From: an uncultured bacterium | GTDB taxonomy: Bacteria; Patescibacteriota; Minisyncoccia; UBA9983 | Direction of reading: 5' to 3' | DNA length: 19,233 nt | Assembly (NCBI GenBank): GCA_913009575.1 | Contig: CAJVWH010000013.1 | Location: 1 to 19,233 of the forward strand | Part shown: in pieces, positions 1 through 8,398 of the stretch | Numbering within the stretch: position 1 is the stretch's first letter | How the letters are laid out: each line of letters starts with the position of its first letter | The notes under the pieces: model-generated | Database searches by the model: none | The model's input: the letters and a program-made list of their open reading frames with translations, nothing else | Told to the model about the DNA's origin: nothing | Position numbers and translations under genes: made by a program

Positions 1-33
1 ACACTCTTTCCCTACACGACGCTCTTCCGATCT
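1..33. other. Illumina TruSeq adapter / Read-1 sequencing primer sequence (library artefact at contig end)
   Basis: Bases 1-33 read ACACTCTTTCCCTACACGACGCTCTTCCGATCT, the exact 33-nt TruSeq adapter segment. The typA reading frame opens immediately after it. Confidence 0.95.
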
Positions 34-35
34 AA

Positions 36-488
36 TTTACGGTTGATACGAAAGGGGATGGTATTTTAACGAGCCGTTTTATCGGTTTCAGGCCATATGT
101 CGGAGAAATAGAAAAAAGAGCGACCGGCTCAATGGCATCCATGGCGTCCGGAAAGGCACTCGCCTTTTCGCTTAATAATTTACAAAAGAGAGGAACTTTA
201 TATATCGGACCGGGAACGGAAATATATGAAGGGATGGTTATAGGCAACACTTCAAAGGGGGAGGAAATGGTTGTTAATCCCGTCAAAGGGAAAAATCTCA
301 CCAACATGCGCGCCGCCGGATCGGATGAAAATGTCCAGCTGGCTCCCCCGCATCTTCTTTCGATAGAGTCCGGATTGGAACTGATGTCCGAAGATGAGTA
401 TCTCGAAGTGACCCCCGGCAACATTCGCTTGAGAAAACAAACTCTCAAAGACGGCGAAAGAGTCAGAACGAAAAGAACCGCGCAATGA
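36..488 (+). CDS. typA: Translational GTPase TypA/BipA, C-terminal fragment (5' end missing at contig edge)
   Basis: The frame is open from base 36, upstream of the listed Met at 132. The translation ...GFRPYVGEIEKRATGSMASMASGKALAFSLNNLQKRGTLYIGPGTEIYEGMVIG...GKNLTNMRAAGSDENVQLAPP...LEVTPGNIRLRK matches the conserved BipA C-terminal domain pattern (LTNMRASG.DE...L.PP, EVTP..IR.RK). Confidence 0.85.
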   Translation, partial: FTVDTKGDGILTSRFIGFRPYVGEIEKRATGSMASMASGKALAFSLNNLQKRGTLYIGPGTEIYEGMVIGNTSKGEEMVVNPVKGKNLTNMRAAGSDENVQLAPPHLLSIESGLELMSEDEYLEVTPGNIRLRKQTLKDGERVRTKRTAQ

Positions 489-490
489 GA

Positions 491-524
491 AATGTTCGTC
501 ACCGAGTGACGAACATTTTGATTT
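491..524 (+). terminator. Rho-independent terminator of typA
   Basis: A perfect 11-bp stem pairs AATGTTCGTCA (491-501) with TGACGAACATT (507-517) around a 5-nt loop, followed by TTGATTT. Confidence 0.85.
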
Positions 525-551
525 GAAAGATGAATGACGCGCCGGTATAAT
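523..551 (+). promoter_or_regulatory. Sigma70-type promoter for the ATPase gene
   Basis: TTGAAA (523-528), 17-nt spacer, TATAAT (546-551). The ATG at 565 lies 13 nt downstream with no Shine-Dalgarno sequence. Confidence 0.6.
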
Positions 552-564
552 AAAAATAATCCGT

Positions 565-2442
565 ATGAAAAAAATAAATTGGGATTGGGAAAAAGTTTTA
601 ACCGGTTTTTCGGGGGCGGCGCTTTTGCTCGGCCTTTTTTTAAGTTGGGTTTTGAAAGCCGGCGAAACTTCGGAAGTTTTTTATGTTATTTCGATTCTTT
701 CCGGCGGGTATTTTGTTCTTCTCGGCGCCGCCAAAGGGTTTCTCAAACAAAGATTCCTTAACATAGATTTCTTGGTGGTCGTGGCCGCCATCGGGGCGGT
801 TTACATCAACCAGCTAGCGGAAGCGGCGGCGGTTGTGTTCTTTTTTTCTTTGGCGGAAGTTTTTGAGGAGTTTGGCATTGAACGTTCCCGCAAGGCGGTT
901 GAGGCGCTGATTAAAAAATCCCCCCAAACCGCCATCCTTGAAAACGGCGAAAAAGTGGCGGTTGAAAAAGTGAAAATCGGAGATGTTGTCATAGTCCGTC
1001 CAGGCGATATGATTCCGGTTGATGGAATTGTCGTAAAGGGATCTTCCTCGGCGGACGAGTCGGCTATCACGGGGGAGGCGATACCGAAAGACAAACGCGG
1101 AGGTGACAATGTTTTTGCCGGCACGCTCAACCAGAACGGATATTTGGAAATTGAAGCGAAAAAGGAAAAACGGAATTCCACTTTTTCCAAAATAGTTGAG
1201 TTGGTTGAAAAGGCGCAAAAATCGCGCGCCCCGGCGCAAGAATTCATTGACCGCTTCGCCAAATATTACACGCCCTCCGTGGTTGTCGGAGCCGTGTTTG
1301 TGGCGGGGATTCCCCCGCTCTTTTTTGGCGGTATTTTTCTTGACTGGCTTTATCGGGCGTTGGTGCTTTTGGTAATCGCCTGCCCTTGCGCTCTGGTCAT
1401 TTCAACGCCGGTTTCCATCGCTTCGGCCGTTGGCGGCGCTTCGCGCCGCGGCATAATTATCAAAGGAGGCAAACACTTGGAATCTCTCGGCAGGGTTAAG
1501 GTCGTCGCTTTTGATAAGACAAAAACTCTTACGTTTGGTGAGCCGTACATTTCAGACATAACGGCCTTTAACGGATTCTCCGAAGAAGAAGTGTTGGAAG
1601 ACGCCGCCGGTATAGAAAAATTTTCATCTCATCCGTTGGCGAAAAGTATTTTGGATTTCGCGCAAAAGAGAGGCATTACGCCGCACCTTATGGATAAATA
1701 TGAAAATGTCGCCGGCAAGGGGGGGAAGGCGAATTGTCTTGTGTGTGACGATATTGAGCATTGTGTCGGGAATTTGAAAATTGTTCAGCCGGATGGAGTT
1801 TCCGCGAGGGAAATGGCGGAAAAAACCGAGAAATTTGAAGAGGACGGCAAAACAGCGGTTTTTGTGAGCGAGGGCGGCAAGGTGATGGGCGCTTTGGCGA
1901 TTGCCGACAGGATAAGACCGGAGGCGCGCGCGGCGGTTTCAGAGGTTGAACGCCTTGGCGCGCGCGCAACAATGCTCACCGGCGATAACCGCCGCGCGGC
2001 CGCCTTTGTCGCGAGGGAAACGGGCATTAAAGAATTTTACGCCTCGCTTCTTCCTGATGAAAAATTGCAAAAAATTAATGAGTTGAAATCTAAGTTTGGT
2101 TTTGTGGCGATGGTCGGCGACGGCATAAACGACGCCCCTTCTTTGGCGGCTTCAAATGTGGGTATCGCCATGGGTTCCGGCGGTTCAGACGCCGCGATTG
2201 AGGCGGCGGATGTCGCTTTAATGAACAGCAATCTGTTAAACGTTCCGTATTCAATAGGGCTTGGGAAGGAAACCCTAAAGACCATTAAGCAAAACATTAC
2301 CGCCGCTCTCGGAGTGAAAGCGATTTTTTTGGCGGGCGCGGTTTTCGGTTTTGCCCATCTTGAATTCGCCATCGCGGCTGATTCGGGCGTGGCGATTCTC
2401 GTAATCTTAAACAGTTTGAAACTTTTCCATTTTTCAAAATAA
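565..2442 (+). CDS. P1B-type heavy-metal translocating P-type ATPase (Zn/Cd/Pb-like), no N-terminal HMA domain
   Basis: Motifs present are TGE (ITGEA), CPC in a TM helix (ACPCALVISTP), the phosphorylation site DKTKTLT (variant of DKTGT), HP (SSHPLA), MLTGDN, GDGINDAP, and a C-terminal TM with AADSGVAILVILNSL (the ADxG typical of Zn/Cd pumps). Confidence 0.9.
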   Translation: MKKINWDWEKVLTGFSGAALLLGLFLSWVLKAGETSEVFYVISILSGGYFVLLGAAKGFLKQRFLNIDFLVVVAAIGAVYINQLAEAAAVVFFFSLAEVFEEFGIERSRKAVEALIKKSPQTAILENGEKVAVEKVKIGDVVIVRPGDMIPVDGIVVKGSSSADESAITGEAIPKDKRGGDNVFAGTLNQNGYLEIEAKKEKRNSTFSKIVELVEKAQKSRAPAQEFIDRFAKYYTPSVVVGAVFVAGIPPLFFGGIFLDWLYRALVLLVIACPCALVISTPVSIASAVGGASRRGIIIKGGKHLESLGRVKVVAFDKTKTLTFGEPYISDITAFNGFSEEEVLEDAAGIEKFSSHPLAKSILDFAQKRGITPHLMDKYENVAGKGGKANCLVCDDIEHCVGNLKIVQPDGVSAREMAEKTEKFEEDGKTAVFVSEGGKVMGALAIADRIRPEARAAVSEVERLGARATMLTGDNRRAAAFVARETGIKEFYASLLPDEKLQKINELKSKFGFVAMVGDGINDAPSLAASNVGIAMGSGGSDAAIEAADVALMNSNLLNVPYSIGLGKETLKTIKQNITAALGVKAIFLAGAVFGFAHLEFAIAADSGVAILVILNSLKLFHFSK

Positions 2443-2491
2443 AAACGCGCAACACTAAGCGCCGCGCGCAGTTGGTTATGCACAATTTTAC

Positions 2492-2520
2492 TTGAGCAAT
2501 AAATGCGCGCTTGCTATAAT
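2492..2520 (+). promoter_or_regulatory. Sigma70-type promoter for the SIMPL gene
   Basis: TTGAGC (2492-2497), 17-nt spacer, TATAAT (2515-2520). The ATG at 2529 is only 8 nt after the -10 box, with no SD. Confidence 0.6.
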
Positions 2521-2528
2521 AAACGGCA

Positions 2529-3320
2529 ATGGATGAGAAAGTAAAAAAATATTTTGCGGCGGCGATTATGGGAATTTTAGCCGTTTTCGCTTACGCGGCC
2601 GTGAGTTATGTCAATACTTATTCCAGTTCCGTCGGACCGTCTTCTCTTCGCAGTTTTACGGCGAGAGGCGCGGGGGAGGTTGTCGCCATTCCGGATGTCG
2701 CCCAATTCACTTTCAGCGTGATAAGCGAGGGCGGAAAAGATATCGCGAATATTCAAAAAGAGAACACCGGAAAAGTTAATAAAATAATTGATTTTATAAA
2801 ATCCAACGGCGTTGAAAAAAAGGACATAAAAACCCAAAGTTATAATGTTCAGCCGAGATATCAATATTATGAATGCGGGACCGCTCCGTTCAGCGCCGGT
2901 ACGGTTACGACGACTAAAAAATGTCCTCCGCGAGATATTATCGGATACACAATCAAACAAACGGTTTTGGTGAAAGCGCGAAGTTTTAATAAAATAGGCG
3001 AGCTCTTGGCGGGCGCCGTGAAAAATGGCGCCAATTCGGTTTCAGGACTTTCTTTCACTTTGGACAACAAGGAAAAAATTGAGAATCAGGCGCGCGCGAA
3101 AGCGATTAAAAACGCGAAAGAAAAAGCCGAGTCAATTGCTGAAGCCGCCGGTTTTCGGTTGGGTCGGCTGATTTCCGTGCAGGAGAATGTTTACATCCCG
3201 CCTCCTTTTTATCGTTCCGGAATGGAAGGAGCGAAAGTCGTTAACATCACTCCTCCCGGAATTGAGCCCGGCTCCCAAAAAGTAACCTCAAGCGTGGTTT
3301 TAAAATACGAAATTAAATAA
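2529..3320 (+). CDS. SIMPL / DUF541 domain protein with N-terminal membrane anchor
   Basis: An N-terminal hydrophobic helix (YFAAAIMGILAVFAYAAV) is followed by a SIMPL-like pattern (GEVVAIPDVAQFTFSV..., KSNGVEKKDIKTQSYNVQPRY, ENQARAKAIKNAKEKAESIAEAAG). Confidence 0.7.
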   Translation: MDEKVKKYFAAAIMGILAVFAYAAVSYVNTYSSSVGPSSLRSFTARGAGEVVAIPDVAQFTFSVISEGGKDIANIQKENTGKVNKIIDFIKSNGVEKKDIKTQSYNVQPRYQYYECGTAPFSAGTVTTTKKCPPRDIIGYTIKQTVLVKARSFNKIGELLAGAVKNGANSVSGLSFTLDNKEKIENQARAKAIKNAKEKAESIAEAAGFRLGRLISVQENVYIPPPFYRSGMEGAKVVNITPPGIEPGSQKVTSSVVLKYEIK

Positions 3321-3352
3321 AATAGCCATTTCAAAAACCCGCCTTGGAATTT

Positions 3353-3391
3353 AAAAAACCAATCCACTTCGCTGAATTGGTTTTTTATTTT
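3353..3391 (+). terminator. Probable Rho-independent terminator
   Basis: AAAAAACCAAT (3353-3363) pairs with ATTGGTTTTTT (3376-3386) around a 12-nt loop, followed by ATTTT. The stem is AT-rich. Confidence 0.55.
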
Positions 3392-3432
3392 AGTGGGAAA
3401 ATAGCCTAAAATGTGGTATATTTAGAAAAATT

Positions 3433-4113
3433 ATGGATTTAGATACATTCAAGAAACAATTTATAAGGGAAGAATTAGAAATAAGCAAAGAATACGGTAG
3501 AATTTTTTCTTTTCTTGATTTTGGAAATGTGAATAGGTGGTTTAATAAAGATACTCAAGATTGGGATAACAGATTATTGCCTGAAGCAAGCAAATTATCT
3601 ATAGATTTACGCAAACTTAAAAATTTTTCAGATATTTTTTCAAACAAAGTTAGATGCTACTACGGTCGCGATCCCAAAAATAAGAAATCTCTCGCCTTTT
3701 CCTATGTCATGATAAAAATTTTTGGGAAAAGAAACTTTGTTGAAAAAGATTTACAAAAAATCAAACATTACATTGAACAGGAAGAAAAGGAGACATTGAA
3801 ATTAATCCAAACGGATAATGACGGCAAAGATTATGTTGAAATACGGAAATGTAATTTTGATGTTGAAATATCGGTTGACGCAATTAAGATGATTAAACAT
3901 TACGACACTTTTTGTCTTTTTTCAGGAGACGCTGATTTTGTGTACTTGAATAATTTTTTAAGAAGAAAAGGAAAAAAAGTAATTTTGATTAAGGCGGGAT
4001 ATATAACCACTAAATTGAGGAAATCTGCCGATTTGATAATAAATGCCCAAAAAATAAAGAAACATATAGCCAAAATAGAACAAAGACCTGACAAGTCAGG
4101 TCTTTGTGGATAG
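3433..4113 (+). CDS. NYN-domain (LabA-like, PIN-fold) protein, putative ribonuclease
   Basis: NYN signature blocks are present: FLDFGNVNRW (N-terminal Asp block), NFDVEISVDAIKM, and CLFSGDADFVYLNNFLRRKGKKVILI. The gene is markedly more AT-rich than its neighbours. Confidence 0.7.
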   Translation: MDLDTFKKQFIREELEISKEYGRIFSFLDFGNVNRWFNKDTQDWDNRLLPEASKLSIDLRKLKNFSDIFSNKVRCYYGRDPKNKKSLAFSYVMIKIFGKRNFVEKDLQKIKHYIEQEEKETLKLIQTDNDGKDYVEIRKCNFDVEISVDAIKMIKHYDTFCLFSGDADFVYLNNFLRRKGKKVILIKAGYITTKLRKSADLIINAQKIKKHIAKIEQRPDKSGLCG

Positions 4114-4204
4114 TTTTCCCGAATTAACCTCGAGACAGGTATACCTATAGTATATACATGTAAGACAAAAAGTAAAGTAAGACCTAAAATTTAAACCTGT
4201 GGAA

Positions 4205-4240
4205 AACTAAAATAAAAAATTTCATTTTTTTATTTTAGTT
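4205..4240 (+). terminator. A/T-only hairpin, possible terminator after the NYN gene
   Basis: AACTAAAATAAAAA and TTTTTATTTTAGTT are complementary arms, separated by a short AT-rich apical segment (TTTCA-centred). The stem has no G/C strength. Confidence 0.35.
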
Positions 4241-4286
4241 ACTTGTTTTTTAGGTTTGGATGTGGGATAATTGAGGTGTTCACCGT

Positions 4287-5849
4287 ATGGTTAATTTAAT
4301 AAAAAAACCGATTTTTGTTGTTTCCGCGGCGATTGTCATCGCGGTTTTTGTCGGCGGTTATTTTTATTTTTCGCAAAACAAGCCGCCCGCCTATGAATTT
4401 GTTGTCGCCAAAAAAGGGGATATTGTCCAAGAAGTGGCCGTTACCGGAAAGGTAAAGCCGGCCGCCAGCGTTGACCTCGCGTTTGAAAGCGGCGGCAGAG
4501 CGGTTTGGATAGGCGTTGAAACGGGCGACAGAGCGGCGAAGGGGCAAATTCTCGTCCGTCTTTACAGCGGCGGACTAGCCGCTCAATTGTCCCAAGCGAA
4601 AGCGAATGCCAGAGTGGAGGAAGCGAAACTTAAAGAACTGAAAAAAGGGACAAGGCCGGAAAAAATAAAAATTCAGGAAGCGAAAGTCGCAAAATCGAAA
4701 ACCACTCTTAACGAATCAAAAAAAGATTTAATTAATAAAATTCAGGACGCTTATACGAAATCGGATGACGCCGTAAGAAACAAGATTGACAAATTTTTCA
4801 GCAATCCGCGCAGCCCCAATCCGCAGTTGAATTTTTCGGTTTCCGATTCGGGGCTGAAAGTGAATGTTGAAGGCGCTAGATTTAAGGTTGAGAGTATCCT
4901 TGTTTCCTGGAAATCATCGCTCGGCTCTTTATCCGTTTCCGGCGATTTAAATTTTTATATCAATAAAGCCAAACAAAATCTTAATGAAATAAAATCTTTT
5001 TTGGATAAAACGGCTTTGGCGGTCAATTCTCTTACCGTGGACGCCGACCATTCGCAAAGCGTCATTGACGGATGGAAATCCGATGTTTCCACCGGCAGGA
5101 CGAATGTGAATACCGCCATTACAAATCTTTTGGCCGCCGTAGACAAGTTAAAATTGTCGCAAAATAATCTTACGCTTGAAGAAAACGAGCTTGCTCTTGA
5201 AAAAGCCGGTTCCACGGCCGAACAAATCTCGGCGCAGGAGGCGGCCGTGGAGAGCGCGGAGGCGAACGTTTCCAATATCAAAGCGCAAATTACAAAAACC
5301 GTTCTTTATTCTCCGATAAACGGAATCATTACCAACGTGGATGCCAAGGTCGGGGAAATTGTTGCCCCGAACGTTTCCGTAATCTCCGTTATCTCGGAGA
5401 AACGGTTTAAGATTGAAGCCGACGTGCCGGAGGCGGATATCGCCAAGGTTAAAATCGGACAAACGGCGGAATTAACCCTTGACGCGTACGGAGACAATGT
5501 TGTTTTCAAGGCGAAAACGGTTTTAATTGACCCGGCGGCGACAATTATTGAGGGAGTGCCGACTTATAAAACAACCTTTCAATTTATCGGAAAGGACGGG
5601 AGAGTAAGGCCGGGGATGACCGCTAATTTGGAAATTGCCACCGGCAGCCGAAAGAACGCTGTGAATATTCCACAGCGCGCGATTGTTGAAAAGGGCAACG
5701 GAGAAAAAATAGTGAGAGTGGTTGGGGAAAATGGGACAATTAAAGAAGTAAAAGTTAAAATCGGATTGAAGGGTTCTTTCGGCGAGGTGGAGATATTGGA
5801 CGGAATTAAAGAAGGCGACAAGGTGATTATTTTTATGAAAGAGCAATAA
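4287..5849 (+). CDS. HlyD/MacA-family membrane-fusion (periplasmic adaptor) protein
   Basis: It has an N-terminal TM, a lipoyl/barrel-sandwich start (VVAKKGDIVQEVAVTGKVKP), a long coiled-coil middle, a second half-barrel (LYSPINGIITNVDAKVGEIV) and a C-terminal beta-barrel. GAGGTG sits 8 nt upstream of the ATG. The gene lies directly upstream of MacB-like genes. Confidence 0.85.
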   Translation: MVNLIKKPIFVVSAAIVIAVFVGGYFYFSQNKPPAYEFVVAKKGDIVQEVAVTGKVKPAASVDLAFESGGRAVWIGVETGDRAAKGQILVRLYSGGLAAQLSQAKANARVEEAKLKELKKGTRPEKIKIQEAKVAKSKTTLNESKKDLINKIQDAYTKSDDAVRNKIDKFFSNPRSPNPQLNFSVSDSGLKVNVEGARFKVESILVSWKSSLGSLSVSGDLNFYINKAKQNLNEIKSFLDKTALAVNSLTVDADHSQSVIDGWKSDVSTGRTNVNTAITNLLAAVDKLKLSQNNLTLEENELALEKAGSTAEQISAQEAAVESAEANVSNIKAQITKTVLYSPINGIITNVDAKVGEIVAPNVSVISVISEKRFKIEADVPEADIAKVKIGQTAELTLDAYGDNVVFKAKTVLIDPAATIIEGVPTYKTTFQFIGKDGRVRPGMTANLEIATGSRKNAVNIPQRAIVEKGNGEKIVRVVGENGTIKEVKVKIGLKGSFGEVEILDGIKEGDKVIIFMKEQ

Positions 5850-5861
5850 TATTGATCTTTA

Positions 5862-6578
5862 ATGGCTTTGATAGAAGTAAAAAATCTGGAAAAAATTTAC
5901 GGCGACGGGGATGTTACCACTCCCGCCCTGCGCGATATTTCTTTTAATATTGAATCTGGAGAATTCATCGCCGTGATGGGCCCATCCGGCTCCGGGAAAT
6001 CAACCCTCTTGCACATCCTCGGATTTCTGGACAGACAGACATCGGGCGTATATCGTTTCGGAGGAAAAACAATTGATGATTATTCCAAAGACGAGATAGC
6101 GCATGTAAGAAACAAAAAAATGGGTTTTGTTTTTCAAGCGTTTAATCTTCTCCCCAGAGCGACGGTTTTGGAGAATGTAAAACTTCCCTTGGTTTATTCG
6201 GGGATCAAGCAAGCGGAATGGGACGCAATGGCGACGGATGTGATTAAGTCGGTGGGGCTTTTGAAAAGAATAAAACATGAACCGTCCCAGCTTTCCGGAG
6301 GAGAAAGGCAAAAGGTTGCCATAGCCCGCGCCCTGGTTAACAATCCGAATGTTATTTTTTTGGACGAGCCGACCGGCAACCTTGATTCAAAATCCGGAAG
6401 AACGGTGATGGAAATTATACAAGAATTAAGCGAGGAAGAAAAACGGACGATTATTTTAATTACTCACGAGGAGAGCACCGCCGAATACGCCAAAAGAACA
6501 ATCCATCTTTTTGACGGCAGGGTCGTGAGTGATGAAAAAGTAAAATATCAGCGCGCCGCCCGCGATTTTGTTAAATAA
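5862..6578 (+). CDS. MacB/LolD-type ABC transporter ATP-binding protein
   Basis: Walker [11 protein letters not shown]-loop, ABC signature [15 protein letters not shown], Walker [11 protein letters not shown] and H-loop ITHE are all present. Confidence 0.92.
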   Translation: MALIEVKNLEKIYGDGDVTTPALRDISFNIESGEFIAVMGPSGSGKSTLLHILGFLDRQTSGVYRFGGKTIDDYSKDEIAHVRNKKMGFVFQAFNLLPRATVLENVKLPLVYSGIKQAEWDAMATDVIKSVGLLKRIKHEPSQLSGGERQKVAIARALVNNPNVIFLDEPTGNLDSKSGRTVMEIIQELSEEEKRTIILITHEESTAEYAKRTIHLFDGRVVSDEKVKYQRAARDFVK

Positions 6579-6585
6579 AAATAAA

Positions 6586-7830
6586 ATGAATTTCCGCTAC
6601 ACATTCAAAACATCATTTACTTCTTTGATAGCGAATAAATCCCGTTCGGCGCTTACGATATTGGGAATTGTCATCGGCATCACCGCCATTATGGTTATCG
6701 TTTCCGTCGGCAACGGCGCGGAGAGCCTCATACTCGGTGAAATCAGCGGAATGGGGGCGCAGTCAATCGTCATCAGGCCCGGGAAACAGCCGAAGGGTCC
6801 GAGCGATATGGCGGGAACCCTTTATTCCGATTCATTGAAGCCGCGCGATGTGGCGGCGCTCAAAAAGAAAAGCAATGTCCCATATTTGGTTAACGTGGCG
6901 CCGGCGGTAATCGTGCCCGGGAGCGTTTCTTACGGAGGCGAAACGTACATACCGATGATTTTCGGCTGGACGGCGAATATGATGTCGGAGATGCTCAATC
7001 TTTATCCGGCGGAGGGGATTAATTTCGGAGAAAACGCCATTCGGGACAAGGCGAGCGTGGCGGTCATCGGTTCAAAAGTCAAAAAAGAATTGTTCGGGGG
7101 TTCAAGCGCTCTCGGCAAGAAAATTAAAATCAAAAATAAGAAGTTCAGAGTCATTGGAGTTTATCCACCGAGAGGCCAAGTCGCTTTTTTTAATGTTGAT
7201 GAAGTTGTGATTGTTCCCTATACCACTGCCATGACTTATCTTTTGGGTATCAGCCATTACAATGAAATTATTGTAAGGGCGAAAAATCCGGAGGTTGTCG
7301 CGAGGACCGTTAATGATATTGAGGCGACCATAAGGGAAACCCACGGCATAACCGACCCGGCTGATGATGATTTTTTCGTGGTTACCCAAAAGGGGATGGT
7401 CAATCAAATAAAAAATATTATGGGAGTTCTCACCGCTTTTTTGTCCGCGGTGGTGGCGATTTCGCTTGTTGTCGGAGGTATCGGGGTGATGAACATAATG
7501 CTGGTTTCCGTGACGGAAAGGACGAGAGAAATTGGTTTGCGGAAAGCGATAGGCGCGACGGACGGGGATATTTTGAGGCAGTTCCTGGTTGAGTCAGTCA
7601 TACTCACCGCCTTGGGCGGAATTATAGGTATCGCGCTCGGGACGGTTTTTTCATTGCTTACTTCATTTATTCTTACTCATTATCTTGACCTTAATTGGTC
7701 TTTCTCATTCCCGTTTTTGGCGGTTGTTTTGGGAATCGCCGTTTCAGCTTTTGTTGGCCTTATCTTCGGCATTTATCCCGCCCGCCAAGCCGCCAAAAAG
7801 AATCCAATTGAGGCGTTAAGATATGAATAA
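6586..7830 (+). CDS. MacB-type ABC transporter permease (MacB periplasmic core domain + FtsX domain)
   Basis: It shows the N-terminal TM (RSALTILGIVIGI), a large extracytoplasmic domain, and the FtsX motif VGGIGVMNIMLVSVTERTREIGLRKAIGA...YPARQAAK..PIEALRYE. The ATG at 6586 is preferred over the TTG at 6568, which overlaps the upstream stop. Confidence 0.88.
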   Translation: MNFRYTFKTSFTSLIANKSRSALTILGIVIGITAIMVIVSVGNGAESLILGEISGMGAQSIVIRPGKQPKGPSDMAGTLYSDSLKPRDVAALKKKSNVPYLVNVAPAVIVPGSVSYGGETYIPMIFGWTANMMSEMLNLYPAEGINFGENAIRDKASVAVIGSKVKKELFGGSSALGKKIKIKNKKFRVIGVYPPRGQVAFFNVDEVVIVPYTTAMTYLLGISHYNEIIVRAKNPEVVARTVNDIEATIRETHGITDPADDDFFVVTQKGMVNQIKNIMGVLTAFLSAVVAISLVVGGIGVMNIMLVSVTERTREIGLRKAIGATDGDILRQFLVESVILTALGGIIGIALGTVFSLLTSFILTHYLDLNWSFSFPFLAVVLGIAVSAFVGLIFGIYPARQAAKKNPIEALRYE

Positions 7831-7868
7831 GCTGTTCGCGCAGTTAAATCGCGCGCAAACAAAGTAAA

Positions 7869-7897
7869 TTGACATTCTTTCATTCGTAATGTATCCT
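7869..7897 (+). promoter_or_regulatory. Sigma70-type promoter
   Basis: TTGACA (7869-7874), 17-nt spacer, TATCCT (7892-7897). This implies a ~70-nt leader ending in a strong SD (AGGAGGTG, ~7953-7960). Confidence 0.5.
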
Positions 7898-7965
7898 GAA
7901 ATCAGAGAAGGCCGGCAAGCGCAGAAGCGGCAATTTTTAAAAAATGATTTTTAGGAGGTGAAAAG

Positions 7966-8289
7966 ATGAGTATAGAATTTAATTTTGATGAATGGGCGAA
8001 ACTTGCCAAAGCAAAGCCAAAAGAATTTGAAAGAAAAAGGCAAGAGGCAATTGAAACGACAATCGCCGAGGCCAGATCCGAAAATCAAAAGCATCTGAGG
8101 CAGCTTCAATGGAGAATAGATATGGAAATAAAGAGAAGCAAGAATCCTTTGGAGGCGTGCGTAAAAGTGAATAAGATGCTAAAAAATCAGGTTTTTAAAG
8201 AAGGGGGATTTTTAGACGCTTTAAAAATGTTCGGTCCGGCTCCGGCAAAACCAAAAACACCGCCAAAATTAAAATTGGTAAAGAAATAA
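7966..8289 (+). CDS. Small conserved protein, DUF3135-like
   Basis: A strong SD sits upstream. The pattern FNFDEWAKLAKAKPKEFERKRQEAIE...LRQLQWRIDME...NPLEAC resembles my memory of DUF3135 family proteins. No search was run. Confidence 0.5.
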   Translation: MSIEFNFDEWAKLAKAKPKEFERKRQEAIETTIAEARSENQKHLRQLQWRIDMEIKRSKNPLEACVKVNKMLKNQVFKEGGFLDALKMFGPAPAKPKTPPKLKLVKK

Positions 8290-8368
8290 AACCTTGGGGT
8301 AATGTGAAAACATTATCCTGTTTTTTGGAAAAAGTGTGCAATTTCTTCAACGAAGCCGGTTCGTTTCC

Positions 8369-8398
8369 TTGACAAATCGCAATATTTAGTGTAGTATG
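8369..8398 (+). promoter_or_regulatory. Sigma70-type promoter for the LysM-RlpA gene
   Basis: TTGACA (8369-8374), 18-nt spacer, TAGTAT (8393-8398). The predicted start site lies downstream of the ATG at 8396, which favours the ATG at 8456 as the true start. Confidence 0.5.

Noticed and set aside
32-502. Long antisense or out-of-frame ORFs inside well-supported genes (for example 32-502-, 534-761+, 801-1262-, 2037-2483-, 4955-5281-, 5523-5846-, 15719-16096-, 16944-17201+, 17208-17453+)
   Set aside because: Each lies entirely within, or heavily overlaps, a gene with clear conserved motifs on the other strand or frame. Their translations are low-complexity and motif-free.
2443-2475. GC-rich CGCGC/GCGCG stems after the ATPase (2443-2475) and after the permease (7835-7858), both containing CGCGCAGTT, considered as terminators
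   Set aside because: The stems are only ~5 bp with no U-tract, so they are too weak to call. The shared 9-mer may be coincidence.
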